Shown: positions 8,757-18,148 of the stretch, in pieces | Position numbering within the stretch: the stretch's first letter is position 1 | How the letters are laid out: every line of letters begins with the position of its first letter | Source of the DNA: Chitinivibrionales bacterium | GTDB lineage: Bacteria; Fibrobacterota; Chitinivibrionia; Chitinivibrionales; WJKA01 | Direction: 5' to 3' | NCBI GenBank assembly: GCA_038247415.1 | Contig: JBBRUX010000004.1 | Span: 1-64,000 of the forward strand | Length of the DNA stretch: 64,000 nt | Made by a program: the position numbers and the translations under genes | Notes under the pieces: model-generated | The model's input: only the letters and a program-made list of their open reading frames with translations | Databases searched by the model: none | Told to the model about the DNA's origin: nothing

Positions 8757-10730
8757 CTATTTTTCTGCACCAATACGAGAGACTATTTCTGCGAGTGCTT
8801 TAAAAGAAAATGGTTTGAGAAGATGACCTCGAGCCCCGCGCTTTGTGAGGTCCTCTAGGCTTGCATGACCTGAGAAGCCTGTTAAAAGCACTACTTTTAA
8901 ATGCGGATTAATGGCAAGTAATTGACAAAAGCATTCGGATCCACTCATGGTAGGCATAATCATATCAAGTAACACAAGGTCAAATTCCAGAGGAGTAGCA
9001 TTTACCATTTTCAGCGCGTGGGCCGGATCATTTGCTACAATAGGAGAATGTCCAAGATGCCGAAGCATTTCGGCTACCGTTTCTTGAATTGTTGGCTCAT
9101 CATCAATAACAAGAATCTTATAGGACTCTTTCGCCTGCGCAACACTTGTAGCAGCCTCTGTCAATACTTTACTATCGGAAGCTTTAAGATACAGATGAAA
9201 GGCAGTACCCTTGCCTTGCTCACTCTCAAGCTTTAGAGACCCTTCGTGGTTTTGAATGGTTCCATACACGCTCGACAGCCCAAGGCCTGTACCTTTTCCT
9301 GGATCTTTAGTAGTAAAGAAAGGCTCAAAAATACGTTGCTGATGTTCTTTAGGAATACCAGTTCCCGAATCCTTAACCGAAATTACCACATAGGTTCCGG
9401 TCTTAATGGGGAGAAGAAATCCGCTCAAATTAGAATCGGAAACAATTTCGAGTCTGGTTGACAATACAATACTGCCACCGTTGGGCATTGCATCTGCAGC
9501 ATTAAGGGCCAGATTCAGTAATGCATTTTGTAAAAGGGATCTATCTCCCAAACAAATCATTTCATCGGTAATGCTATTGAGAGAAATGGTAACTCTTTTA
9601 TCAATAGTATGGCATAACATACTGTGCGTAGAACGCATAAAATTCGAAACGTCGATTGGTACCGTTTCATTACGACCTTTACGGGCAAATGCCAAAAGCT
9701 GAGAAACAACCGTAGAAGCCTTTCCGCAAATATCAAGCATTTGATCTGAATAATGCCGTATTTCGGTATCTTTATGAGCATGTTTCATTTTAAGCAGGGA
9801 TGCAAAACCAGTAATTCCCGAAAGCATATTATTAAAATCGTGTGCAACACCTCCGGCGAGGGTGCCAAGCGTCTGCATACGCTCTGCATGATGCAATTCC
9901 TTTTGAAGCTCTTGCTGCTTTTGCATAGCCGCATTTCTCTCGCGCACATTTTCATCATAATCATTTTTAACAACCAGTAAAGCATCGTAGAGGGGCCTTA
10001 AAATCCCTGAAGCTGCAAATTGCTTTTCGAATGTAGGAAACCCGGTTTGCTGCCAATTTATAGATGCCATAAAGTCAATGAGATCGCGTACCTGCGGCTC
10101 AATTTTTGTAGATCCATCGAGCATGGATGTTTTCAAAGCCTTTTTTTTGTTTCCAATGTGCAATGGTTGTGTTTCATCAAAAACATCATTCAAATAATGC
10201 TGCGCCAGACGTAGTGCCGAATCATATTCTGCAACAATGTCTATCGCGAATGGCACCCGCACAAAAATTTTTCCAACCCGGATCATTGCTGCAAAAAGAA
10301 TTGACACATTATAAAAAACAATACCAAGAAGGCGTTTGTTATTTTTTTGATGTGCAAGATAATTATTACGCGCTTCCCTAGATGTCCCTAAATGATGGGC
10401 ATAATCTTCGAGAAAAACAAATCCTGAGGATTTGGGAAGAAAAGCGCTAGAAATCTCGTCGAGCTTAGCAAGGTATAACTTTGAGATTGCCAGGGTTGTG
10501 AATCCGCGTATTGTAGCAGAGATAATATTAGTACCAATGATAACAAACTCGGCATGATAGGGAGATTCCCCGCCAACATCTACCGTCCACAAAGGATCCG
10601 TGCGTATTGGCCACCCTGTTACCGGACACAAAGGCGTTGTTGCAACAGAACGTTTTTGCGACGACTGACCAAAAACCCTTAACCGACGAGTGTCTTTCAT
10701 TACGGTAGTATTTGAGGTACCCATCACCAT
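8757..10730 (-). CDS. Cytoplasmic hybrid histidine kinase (uncharacterised N-terminal domain, HisKA, HATPase, REC)
   Basis: LAGGVAHDFNNML H-box, NLALNAADAM N-box, [18 protein letters not shown], and a REC domain (IDDE...LLDMIMP...KP). Confidence 0.92.
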   Translation of the reverse strand: MVMGTSNTTVMKDTRRLRVFGQSSQKRSVATTPLCPVTGWPIRTDPLWTVDVGGESPYHAEFVIIGTNIISATIRGFTTLAISKLYLAKLDEISSAFLPKSSGFVFLEDYAHHLGTSREARNNYLAHQKNNKRLLGIVFYNVSILFAAMIRVGKIFVRVPFAIDIVAEYDSALRLAQHYLNDVFDETQPLHIGNKKKALKTSMLDGSTKIEPQVRDLIDFMASINWQQTGFPTFEKQFAASGILRPLYDALLVVKNDYDENVRERNAAMQKQQELQKELHHAERMQTLGTLAGGVAHDFNNMLSGITGFASLLKMKHAHKDTEIRHYSDQMLDICGKASTVVSQLLAFARKGRNETVPIDVSNFMRSTHSMLCHTIDKRVTISLNSITDEMICLGDRSLLQNALLNLALNAADAMPNGGSIVLSTRLEIVSDSNLSGFLLPIKTGTYVVISVKDSGTGIPKEHQQRIFEPFFTTKDPGKGTGLGLSSVYGTIQNHEGSLKLESEQGKGTAFHLYLKASDSKVLTEAATSVAQAKESYKILVIDDEPTIQETVAEMLRHLGHSPIVANDPAHALKMVNATPLEFDLVLLDMIMPTMSGSECFCQLLAINPHLKVVLLTGFSGHASLEDLTKRGARGHLLKPFSFKALAEIVSRIGAEK

Positions 10731-11052
10731 TGCGATGCCTTTTAGTAAATAAGAACCTTGAGTAATACCTTTTATGAGCGTAGTATCGACAACTCACATT
10801 GTACCATAATGGAACAGAGAGTCAAGGGTAAGAATCATTATTGATTTAATAACCACGCATGGATCCAAAAGCTTTGACATTCAGCAAATCATAACTGGCC
10901 AATCCTTTGTTAACCCTTTGATCTTAAAAAAGATATGCCCACCAAGCAAATGTGCTTAAGCGATTAAAGCAAAAAAACGTTTCGGTCATTTTTCTTCAAG
11001 ATTGCAATACACGACATCTCACAAGCGAAATCTATATAAATGAATACGCATT

Positions 11053-11586
11053 ATGTCTCATATTTTTAAGCATCATCAACCTTTTTTGACTATATTGAAT
11101 AGTATGCAAAACAAACAAATACCATCTATCGCAACCGACGATTTTCTCAATCGGCATTTTAACAGCGTGTGCAGCGTGTATACTGTATGCAATGAACACG
11201 CGCTTTCTAAGGAAGATGCTCGTCTCTATTCGTATATACATATCAAGGCTCTCGAGCGCCAGAATGAATTCACCGAAACACCAAACGATGAATCTATTGA
11301 AATCGACGCGCTTAAAGCTATGCTCGGAGTTGACGGATGGCGCGATAGCCGCTCGATACGGCCTCAAAACAAAGCAGCCAAGGGTGTGATCGATGCGTTT
11401 ATCAGCGTATCCGATGAGATGAAGCACACCGATCTGCAACTTCGCGAAGAGCACGGTTTAGAATTTCGGCTCCACTCAGAGCTTTACAACCGACTTCGAT
11501 TTCATACCGATTCTGATTTCCGATCTGAAAAGCTGAATTTTTACCGCTCGAAAATTCTTACTGCTCTAAACTCGCTTCAAGGCTAA
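11053..11586 (+). CDS. Hypothetical protein
   Basis: 177-aa ATG-started ORF with protein-like composition and no recognised motif. Confidence 0.6.
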   Translation: MSHIFKHHQPFLTILNSMQNKQIPSIATDDFLNRHFNSVCSVYTVCNEHALSKEDARLYSYIHIKALERQNEFTETPNDESIEIDALKAMLGVDGWRDSRSIRPQNKAAKGVIDAFISVSDEMKHTDLQLREEHGLEFRLHSELYNRLRFHTDSDFRSEKLNFYRSKILTALNSLQG

Positions 11587-11642
11587 TACAGAGCACACCC
11601 ACAGCCCTAAATCCTTCAAAGAGCTCATAGCAGCATTGCGCT

Positions 11643-11738
11643 ATTGTTGTATTCCAACAATTAAATACCATTAAATAATAATTATTTATTGAATATCAAT
11701 AAATATTACTTGAATTTCATAAAATTTTGTGGTATATT
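11643..11738 (+). promoter_or_regulatory. Two related operator palindromes and a sigma70 promoter upstream of the DUF2975/XRE operon
   Basis: ATTGTTG-N5-CAACAAT (11643-11661), TATTTATTG-N5-CAATAAATA (11683-11705) and TTGAAT-N17-TATATT (11710-11738). Confidence 0.65.
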
Positions 11739-11894
11739 TTATTAAGAAGCCAGGTACGTTACCGTGCGCACACACGATATCAGGCTCAAAAAAATCTGAT
11801 TAGTATGACATGCTGTTAGTATGTTCGATAAAAAAAGACTAGGCCTTTTCTAAAGCTGGCATACAATACCACTTAAAAGTTTGGAGGCATTCAA

Positions 11895-12503
11895 ATGAAA
11901 TACTTTGGCAAAAAATCTCTCTCGTCTTTCCTGAATCGGTTTATGAATGTATCGTGGTTTGTGGTGCTTATTGGGGCAATTATCGGAACGGTAATTGGCG
12001 CATTGTTCATAACTGCCCTCACCTTAGGGAAAGATCTCGTTTCCGAAAACCCACAAAGCACATCGAGCCCAAGTACCCAGATTTTGCAATCATGCGTAAA
12101 GAAGATGGAACCGCACAAAAAAGAGAGGCTCGAAGCAGGCCTACGATATGTGTTCGAAAAGTGCAGAGGAGAAATAAAGGGGAAAGAAAGAAAAGACTTC
12201 GAAACTTTTGTCAATTTGCCATTTTTTGTTAAAATGCTGCTATTTCCTTACTTCTGGGCGGTTGTTGTTTTGTTGCTTCTCATTATCAAGAAGTCCCGCG
12301 TTCTCTTTTCCAACTTTGAGAAGGACATAGTATTTAATCGAAACAATGTGCAGCTTCTTTCTACTATCAGCAAAATTAGTATCGCCATTTCGATTTTAAC
12401 CTTTAGTATCAGTTCACTTTGCACGAGCGTTTTTTTGCTGATGATTTGTGAACTTGTAAAGAACGGTACTGCCCTGCAAGAAGAACACGATCTTACGGTT
12501 TAA
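11895..12503 (+). CDS. DUF2975-like membrane protein
   Basis: Several TM helices, F...N...L motif, C-terminus GTALQEEHDLTV, and a following YozG-like HTH gene, which is the usual pairing. Confidence 0.8.
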   Translation: MKYFGKKSLSSFLNRFMNVSWFVVLIGAIIGTVIGALFITALTLGKDLVSENPQSTSSPSTQILQSCVKKMEPHKKERLEAGLRYVFEKCRGEIKGKERKDFETFVNLPFFVKMLLFPYFWAVVVLLLLIIKKSRVLFSNFEKDIVFNRNNVQLLSTISKISIAISILTFSISSLCTSVFLLMICELVKNGTALQEEHDLTV

Positions 12504-12517
12504 TAAGGAATGTATAT

Positions 12518-12754
12518 ATGAGCATCATTTTTAGACTCGACAGGGTCATGGCAGATAGAAAAATATCTCTGGGTGAATTGGCAAAGCGGATCGATCTGAC
12601 CGATTCCAATTTGTCTATTTTAAAAACCGGAAAAGCAAAAGCGATTCGCATTTCTACCTTAGAATCACTGTGCAGAGAATTGCAGTGTCAACCAGGGGAT
12701 ATGCTAGAATTTGTGCGTGATGAGAACACAGTCTCAAATCGAGTATATTCCTAA
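12518..12754 (+). CDS. XRE/Cro (YozG-like, HTH_26) transcriptional regulator
   Basis: RLDRVMADRKISLGELA...NLSILKTGKAKAIRISTLESLCRELQCQPGD. Confidence 0.93.
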   Translation: MSIIFRLDRVMADRKISLGELAKRIDLTDSNLSILKTGKAKAIRISTLESLCRELQCQPGDMLEFVRDENTVSNRVYS

Positions 12755-12833
12755 AGCATAGACTTTTGCTAGTTTGTATAATTTTTAAAGTAACTCTCTA
12801 GTCTGGTTTCATCTTATAACAAAAGGGGAAATT

Positions 12834-13016
12834 ATGAAGGATACAGCCACGTGTGCAGCTCCGTCGGGAGCTGTTTACGGTCTCGGATTTATCGGTGCGG
12901 CAATTTACTTCATTTCACATGCCACGGGCTTCTGGATGGGAGTGCTTGGTATTCTTAAAGCAATGGTGTGGCCAGCGATTTTAGTATTTGAGGCTTTAAA
13001 GAAATTGGCTCTGTAA
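12834..13016 (+). CDS. Small two-TM membrane protein
   Basis: GAVYGLGFIGAAIYFISHATGFWMGVLGILKAMVWPA, with an AGGGG RBS upstream. Confidence 0.75.
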   Translation: MKDTATCAAPSGAVYGLGFIGAAIYFISHATGFWMGVLGILKAMVWPAILVFEALKKLAL

Positions 13017-13152
13017 AGCCTGCGACGATCCGTATCCAAGACATTCAACACACCTTGATTTAAATGCATTATATCATCTATTTTTTAAAATGGTTTTGTT
13101 ATTCAAAGTGCCAGGCGCTTGTACTTCACCCCTTATCAAAAGGATTTTTACC

Positions 13153-13788
13153 ATGCCCCTTAGCCAAAAAGAACTCGAAGGGCTTAAAAAGAATTCTATC
13201 GATGGGAAAAAATGGGTCACAGAACATACCAATACATGGAAGCTAGAAAACCCGGATTTTGAAATGGGAAAAGGCACCTATGGCTGGCCAATGGTCGCTT
13301 TTAGAGATCTTGTTCCATCGCTGAACCGCAGGGCGACGCTTAAAATTGGGGCGTATTGTTCCATCTCCGACTCTGCCCGGATTCTTTTAGGCGGTATGCA
13401 TCGAGCCGATTGGGCATCCACGTGGCCATTTAATGTTTTGCGTGAAGAATTTGTTGAGATTGAAGGCAATCCAATTTCTAAAGGCGATGTAATTATTGGC
13501 AATGATGTATGGATCGGTTTTGGCGTAACGATTCTCTCGGGAGTTACTATTGGCGATGGTGCCGTTGTGGGATCTTGCGCAGTGGTAACCAAAGATGTTC
13601 CGCCCTATGGTATTGTTGCCGGAAATCCTGCCAAGCTCATTCGCAAACGATTTGACGAAGAGACTATCGAACGCTTTCTCAAACTTGCCTGGTGGAATTG
13701 GTCAGACGAAAAAATAAACCGATTTGTTCCTCTCATGTGTAACACAGACATCAAGGTATTTCTTGATGCCACAGAAAAGGATGCATAA
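13153..13788 (+). CDS. CatB/Vat-family (XAT) hexapeptide O-acetyltransferase
   Basis: LKIGAYCSI, GGMHRADWASTWPF, KGDVIIGNDVWIG, VTKDVPPYGIVAGNPAKLIRKRF and WWNWS; start moved to the ATG at 13153. Confidence 0.9.
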   Translation: MPLSQKELEGLKKNSIDGKKWVTEHTNTWKLENPDFEMGKGTYGWPMVAFRDLVPSLNRRATLKIGAYCSISDSARILLGGMHRADWASTWPFNVLREEFVEIEGNPISKGDVIIGNDVWIGFGVTILSGVTIGDGAVVGSCAVVTKDVPPYGIVAGNPAKLIRKRFDEETIERFLKLAWWNWSDEKINRFVPLMCNTDIKVFLDATEKDA

Positions 13789-14519
13789 TGTCAACAGAAG
13801 CAATTATAACTGGCGTGGGGACTCTCAAACGCATAACAGCGCCTTTTCATGAAGCGATGCAGACGTTTAATACAGCGGGAATAACAGATATTGTCTCTTT
13901 TAAAAATCTTGCTAATGCGCGTATACAAGCTGGCAAATTCAGCTTGCTTTTTAAGGCTGATTCCTTTACCCGGGAAGCCGTAATTTATGCTGGCGACAAT
14001 ACCACCTATTTTGTCAGGACATCTCCATTTCTCGATGCAAAACTTGCACAGAGTGTTGCGCATGTAAATCGCTATCTCGAGGATCTCAATGATCATGGCG
14101 ATCCGATTCATCATGGCGGTGCTGGTGAAATTTTCTTTGGCGAGCATCTCGATATGTCAATATTTAATACTATTGTTAGCCAAGCGCATGAAGATGAAAG
14201 CAAACCTGTCTCTGAACGCAAAGTATTTATGCATACAGGGACAGAAGTTTTTACTATTCCAACCATAAAATTTTCGCAGTACGATCTTACGCTATGGCTT
14301 TACGGAAAAGAAACCGCTCAAGCGTATGGCGAATTTTTGCATGCGCAACGAAAATTCACTGCAATGGTGTGGCTTGTAGATTGGCTCGATCCCAATCCTT
14401 CGCGCAAACCATTTATTCGTCAACTTGTTATGAATGGTAGCAATGGCGATATCAATGGCGGACGCCGTTTTGGATGGGATGACGGACACATGGGCGGCAC
14501 ATGGGGTATTGTTCCATGA
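13788..14519 (+). CDS. Hypothetical protein, translationally coupled on both sides
   Basis: 243-aa ORF with a TAATG overlap upstream and an ATGA overlap downstream. Confidence 0.75.
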   Translation: MSTEAIITGVGTLKRITAPFHEAMQTFNTAGITDIVSFKNLANARIQAGKFSLLFKADSFTREAVIYAGDNTTYFVRTSPFLDAKLAQSVAHVNRYLEDLNDHGDPIHHGGAGEIFFGEHLDMSIFNTIVSQAHEDESKPVSERKVFMHTGTEVFTIPTIKFSQYDLTLWLYGKETAQAYGEFLHAQRKFTAMVWLVDWLDPNPSRKPFIRQLVMNGSNGDINGGRRFGWDDGHMGGTWGIVP

Positions 14520-15217
14520 GGACAATTCTTATAACAGGTGCCAATCGTGGTTTAGGATTGGCGCTCACAACCATTCTCCTTTACCGTGGCGAAACCATTA
14601 TAGCAGCATGCAGATCCCCGCAATCTGCAGATGGCTTGCTTGATCTGGCAAAGCACTATCCTGATACGCTGCAAACCCTAGCTCTTGACGTAACTGAAAC
14701 TGCAAGCATTCATTCTGCCGCAAGCGTGCTTGCATCTAAAAGTATGTATCCCGATATTTTGATCAATAATGCTGCGATACTCATTGGTGATAATGCACTC
14801 ACTATGACACAAGAAACTATGCTAGCAAGCTACAAAACCAATACCATTGGCCCGGTACTTGTTATGCAACAGCTTCTCCCCTTGCTTCTAAAAAGCAAGC
14901 ATCCAGCTATTGTCAACATTTCATCGGAAGCGGGGTCACTTTCACGCTACGAAAATAGTGCCTCTATCTGTAGCTATGCCTGCACTAAATCGGCACTCAA
15001 TATGGCAATCCGCTGCATGGCAAAAGAATTAAAATCTCACTCGATTCCTGTAGTTGCAGTTCACCCTGGTTGGGTACAAACCGATATGGGTGGCAAAGGC
15101 GCAGACCTCACGCCAGAAACATCGGCCCATGCTATTATTGACAATATAGTTGACAAAATTAGCATGGCTATGAGTGGTGAGTTTTTCTTGTTCGACGGGA
15201 CAGCTTGCCCCTGGTAG
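14516..15217 (+). CDS. Short-chain dehydrogenase/reductase (C-factor-like SDR)
   Basis: TGANRGLG, NNAA, NISS, catalytic YxxxK (YACTK) and HPGWVQTDMGG. Confidence 0.93.
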   Translation: MRTILITGANRGLGLALTTILLYRGETIIAACRSPQSADGLLDLAKHYPDTLQTLALDVTETASIHSAASVLASKSMYPDILINNAAILIGDNALTMTQETMLASYKTNTIGPVLVMQQLLPLLLKSKHPAIVNISSEAGSLSRYENSASICSYACTKSALNMAIRCMAKELKSHSIPVVAVHPGWVQTDMGGKGADLTPETSAHAIIDNIVDKISMAMSGEFFLFDGTACPW

Positions 15218-15244
15218 CTTCTGCTTCTTGCAAAAAAATCAAAG

Positions 15245-15305
15245 GCTTACTCTCCTTCACGATAAAGAACGGGCTGTGCTCTGTTCGTGGTGTTGGAGAG
15301 TAAGC
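15245..15305. terminator. Long hairpin between convergent genes, probable terminator
   Basis: GCTTACTCTCC...GGAGAGTAAGC 11-bp stem with further internal pairing; a T-tract follows on the minus strand. Confidence 0.6.
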
Positions 15306-15329
15306 ATCCTACTAACAAACGAATCCTAA

Positions 15330-16499
15330 CTACTTCGTCATCTCAACCATTGACGACGAGACAGTTAATCCGCTTTTTTCTATGCGAACAGATGGTTGCA
15401 AGAGCAAATTTCTATGCATGCCCTTACCTACCGAAGGTACAGCGCGCCCATTTACAGAAAAAACTGCGCTTTTAGTAAATGATTGCGGTACTGCAATGCC
15501 ATGCGAAACTGAAGGAAGAATCCCCGTAGCTTGTTTTAAGATAATTGCATTAGTATTAGTCCCAGCAGCAGGCGCAAATGTTGTATCAAAAGTCTGATAC
15601 CCTGCCAATGAAACTCTAATCGTAACACTCAGCCCTGTTACGTACGCAATCTTCTTTGTCACCGAATAGCGACCTTTCTGATTACCATTTGCAGTGGTTG
15701 TATCAAGGCCTGTGAAAAGTATTGATGTGCCAGCCTTCAGCTCCACAGACACCGCTGCACCACCCACTGTTTGAGGTTGACTATTTGACACTACACCATT
15801 AAATGTAAATGTTAAGGAATCCCCGGCTTTAATCGCAATGAGTTTAATTGTCCCTATCTTAATGGAATCTCTCTGCATCTGAGCAAAGGCAGTTCCCGCA
15901 GTATAACCTGTTTTTGTTGCTGAAGCAGAAGCACCAAGAGTTGCTGTGCCCCAAGGCTCAGAAAGTACAAGTTGGCCCGCTGCATTCGTTATTCCTGTTG
16001 CGGTTAGGATAGTAGTTCCTCCGCCACCGCCAAGCGAAGTTACTGTTACAGTTGCACCAGCCAGAGGAGCATTTCTATTTGACGAATCAAGAACCAGTGC
16101 AGTAATGGTGATATGGGTTGTATCTGTTGGGATTACCGCTATTGGCCGCACTTTTAAATTGGCCGTTACAACATCAGCAACGCCATCTTTTGGTTTTTCA
16201 ATAGTAAATGTTTGTCCCATAAAATTATTCTGGTATCCTGTTGCCGAGACAGAAACACGGATACTACCGCTTGTATCATTTGCAAGGACAATAGAATAGC
16301 TGCCATCCTTTACAGTTGTGTCTAGGTGACTGGATCCCATTCCGATTCCTGTTCCACTGCGAACGGCAACAATTGCGCCCGCAATCGGCTTTGATGTAAC
16401 ACTATCAGTCACAATCCCTGAAATAGTAACTTGATCTGCCGAAACGCCAATCAGCGCTCCTGCTGCTGCAACCAGCACAAAGCTGAGTAAAAATCGCAT
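15330..16499 (-). CDS. Secreted protein with three carboxypeptidase-regulatory/Ig-like beta domains and a CTD-like tail
   Basis: Signal peptide, ISGIVTDSVTSKPIAGAIV...SATGY repeated in three variants, and tail TGILPSV...VFSVNGRAV. Confidence 0.8.
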   Translation of the reverse strand: MRFLLSFVLVAAAGALIGVSADQVTISGIVTDSVTSKPIAGAIVAVRSGTGIGMGSSHLDTTVKDGSYSIVLANDTSGSIRVSVSATGYQNNFMGQTFTIEKPKDGVADVVTANLKVRPIAVIPTDTTHITITALVLDSSNRNAPLAGATVTVTSLGGGGGTTILTATGITNAAGQLVLSEPWGTATLGASASATKTGYTAGTAFAQMQRDSIKIGTIKLIAIKAGDSLTFTFNGVVSNSQPQTVGGAAVSVELKAGTSILFTGLDTTTANGNQKGRYSVTKKIAYVTGLSVTIRVSLAGYQTFDTTFAPAAGTNTNAIILKQATGILPSVSHGIAVPQSFTKSAVFSVNGRAVPSVGKGMHRNLLLQPSVRIEKSGLTVSSSMVEMTK

Positions 16500-16665
16500 A
16501 AACCCTCCCCTAAAAAGTTAAAATGTATGAAGCAACCATGAGATTTCTGGACTCCCAGCAAACGAATTATAGCCTTGTACTTAATTTACTTGAGTATTGA
16601 AAATGGGGCAACGCAGGGAGGTGAATCACTGTTCACTATAAGGAACAAAACAAGGCCTGGGCAGT

Positions 16666-17910
16666 TTAGCCCAGCAATTGACGCAGGTCTTCGTAGGTAT
16701 GCTCGGTTGAAATAAATGATGTTTCGAACATAGACGGCGGGGTATACATACCCTTATTGACATATTCCAAAAAGCGTTTTTTAAAGAGTGCAAAATCCTG
16801 CTTTTTCGCGTCCGAAAAGTTGTTCACTGCCTGGGACGTATTAAAAATCGTGAACATCGATCCCAGAGAAGTAATGGTTAAAGGGGATGATTTTCTCCAC
16901 GCGTCTGCAAACTGCGTAACTCTGGATTCAAGGTCTTTATATATATGAGAATGCGTTGCAAGATAGCGGAGCGTAGAAAGCCCTGCGGTCATTGCTATCG
17001 GATTTCCAGAAAGGGTTCCAGCCTGGTATACTGGCCCAAGCGGTGCTAATTGACACATAATATCGCTGCGCCCCCCCACTGCACCAACAGGAAAACCACC
17101 TCCAATAATTTTTCCTAAACACGTAAGATCAGGATAAACCCCAAAATACTCCTGTGCTCCACCAAGACCCAGCCGAAATCCTGTAATAACTTCATCAAAA
17201 ATAAGGATAATACCATAGTATTGCGTAAGCTCTCGTATTCGTGCAAGATACCCCTCGTGGGGTACTACAAGACCCATGTTAGCCGGAACAGGTTCCATAA
17301 TGACTGCAGCAACCTGATCCGCAGACTGCGCAATCAAGCTCTCAAAGGCCCCTATATCATTATAGGGTAGAGATAAGGTATCCGCTGTGACACATTCAGA
17401 AACGCCCTGCGAACTTGACAATGGCAAATCGGCAACACCAGAACCCGCTTCTGCAAGCATAGCATCGGAGTGACCATGATAGCACCCATCAAACTTTATT
17501 ATTTTTTGTCGGCGCGTAAATCCCCGTGCAAGTCGCAGTGCGGTCATCACCGCTTCGGTTCCAGAGCTGACAAACCGTACTTTTTCAATTGAAGGAACAA
17601 GGTCGCATACAAGCGTTGCCATCTGAGTTTCGAGGATGGTTGGTGCTCCAAAACTTGTTCCTTTTAGAAGTGCTGCAGATACCGCGTTAATAATTTCAGG
17701 ATGCGCATGCCCCGTTATCAGTGCCCCCCACGAGAGACAAAAATCTAAATATGATTGCCCTTGAGTATCAACTATGCGAGATCCTTGTCCACGATCGATA
17801 AAAATCGGATCGATACCCAAACCTTTAAACGCCCGAACGGGTGAGTTTACACCACCTGGAATTACCTTGTTTGCCTGTGTAAAAAGAGAATCTGATTCCA
17901 TAAGCCTCAT
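16666..17910 (-). CDS. hemL: Glutamate-1-semialdehyde 2,1-aminomutase
   Basis: IPGGVNSPVRAF, SSGTEA, GCYHGH, DEVITGFR, GKIIGGG (PLP Lys) and YQAGTLSGNP. Confidence 0.97.
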   Translation of the reverse strand: MRLMESDSLFTQANKVIPGGVNSPVRAFKGLGIDPIFIDRGQGSRIVDTQGQSYLDFCLSWGALITGHAHPEIINAVSAALLKGTSFGAPTILETQMATLVCDLVPSIEKVRFVSSGTEAVMTALRLARGFTRRQKIIKFDGCYHGHSDAMLAEAGSGVADLPLSSSQGVSECVTADTLSLPYNDIGAFESLIAQSADQVAAVIMEPVPANMGLVVPHEGYLARIRELTQYYGIILIFDEVITGFRLGLGGAQEYFGVYPDLTCLGKIIGGGFPVGAVGGRSDIMCQLAPLGPVYQAGTLSGNPIAMTAGLSTLRYLATHSHIYKDLESRVTQFADAWRKSSPLTITSLGSMFTIFNTSQAVNNFSDAKKQDFALFKKRFLEYVNKGMYTPPSMFETSFISTEHTYEDLRQLLG

Positions 17911-18148
17911 TTCTTGAGCAAAACTATGTCACCGTTAATACCTAGTAATTTCTGCATTAGTGAAAATACACAATGATTCTACAGAGGCCATAACTTAAAT
18001 AAACGATATTCCTCATGCAACAACGCTTGCCCCGCTTTAAAGGCAATGGTACAATAAGACAGTTTCGTACTGTTGCGAAACAGGGCGCACAAGCTTATCT
18101 ATCATTTTCAGTGCTCTGTTTCCTTACCACCTACTTGGAACTTCAACC

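Noticed and set aside
13153..13788. Confirmed antibiotic resistance gene (vat/catB)
   Set aside because: Family motifs do not establish the substrate; many members act on other acceptors.
11053..15217. Integron cassette array or mobile island
   Set aside because: The co-oriented accessory genes were suggestive, but no attC-like repeats, integrase or transposase were seen, and several genes overlap.
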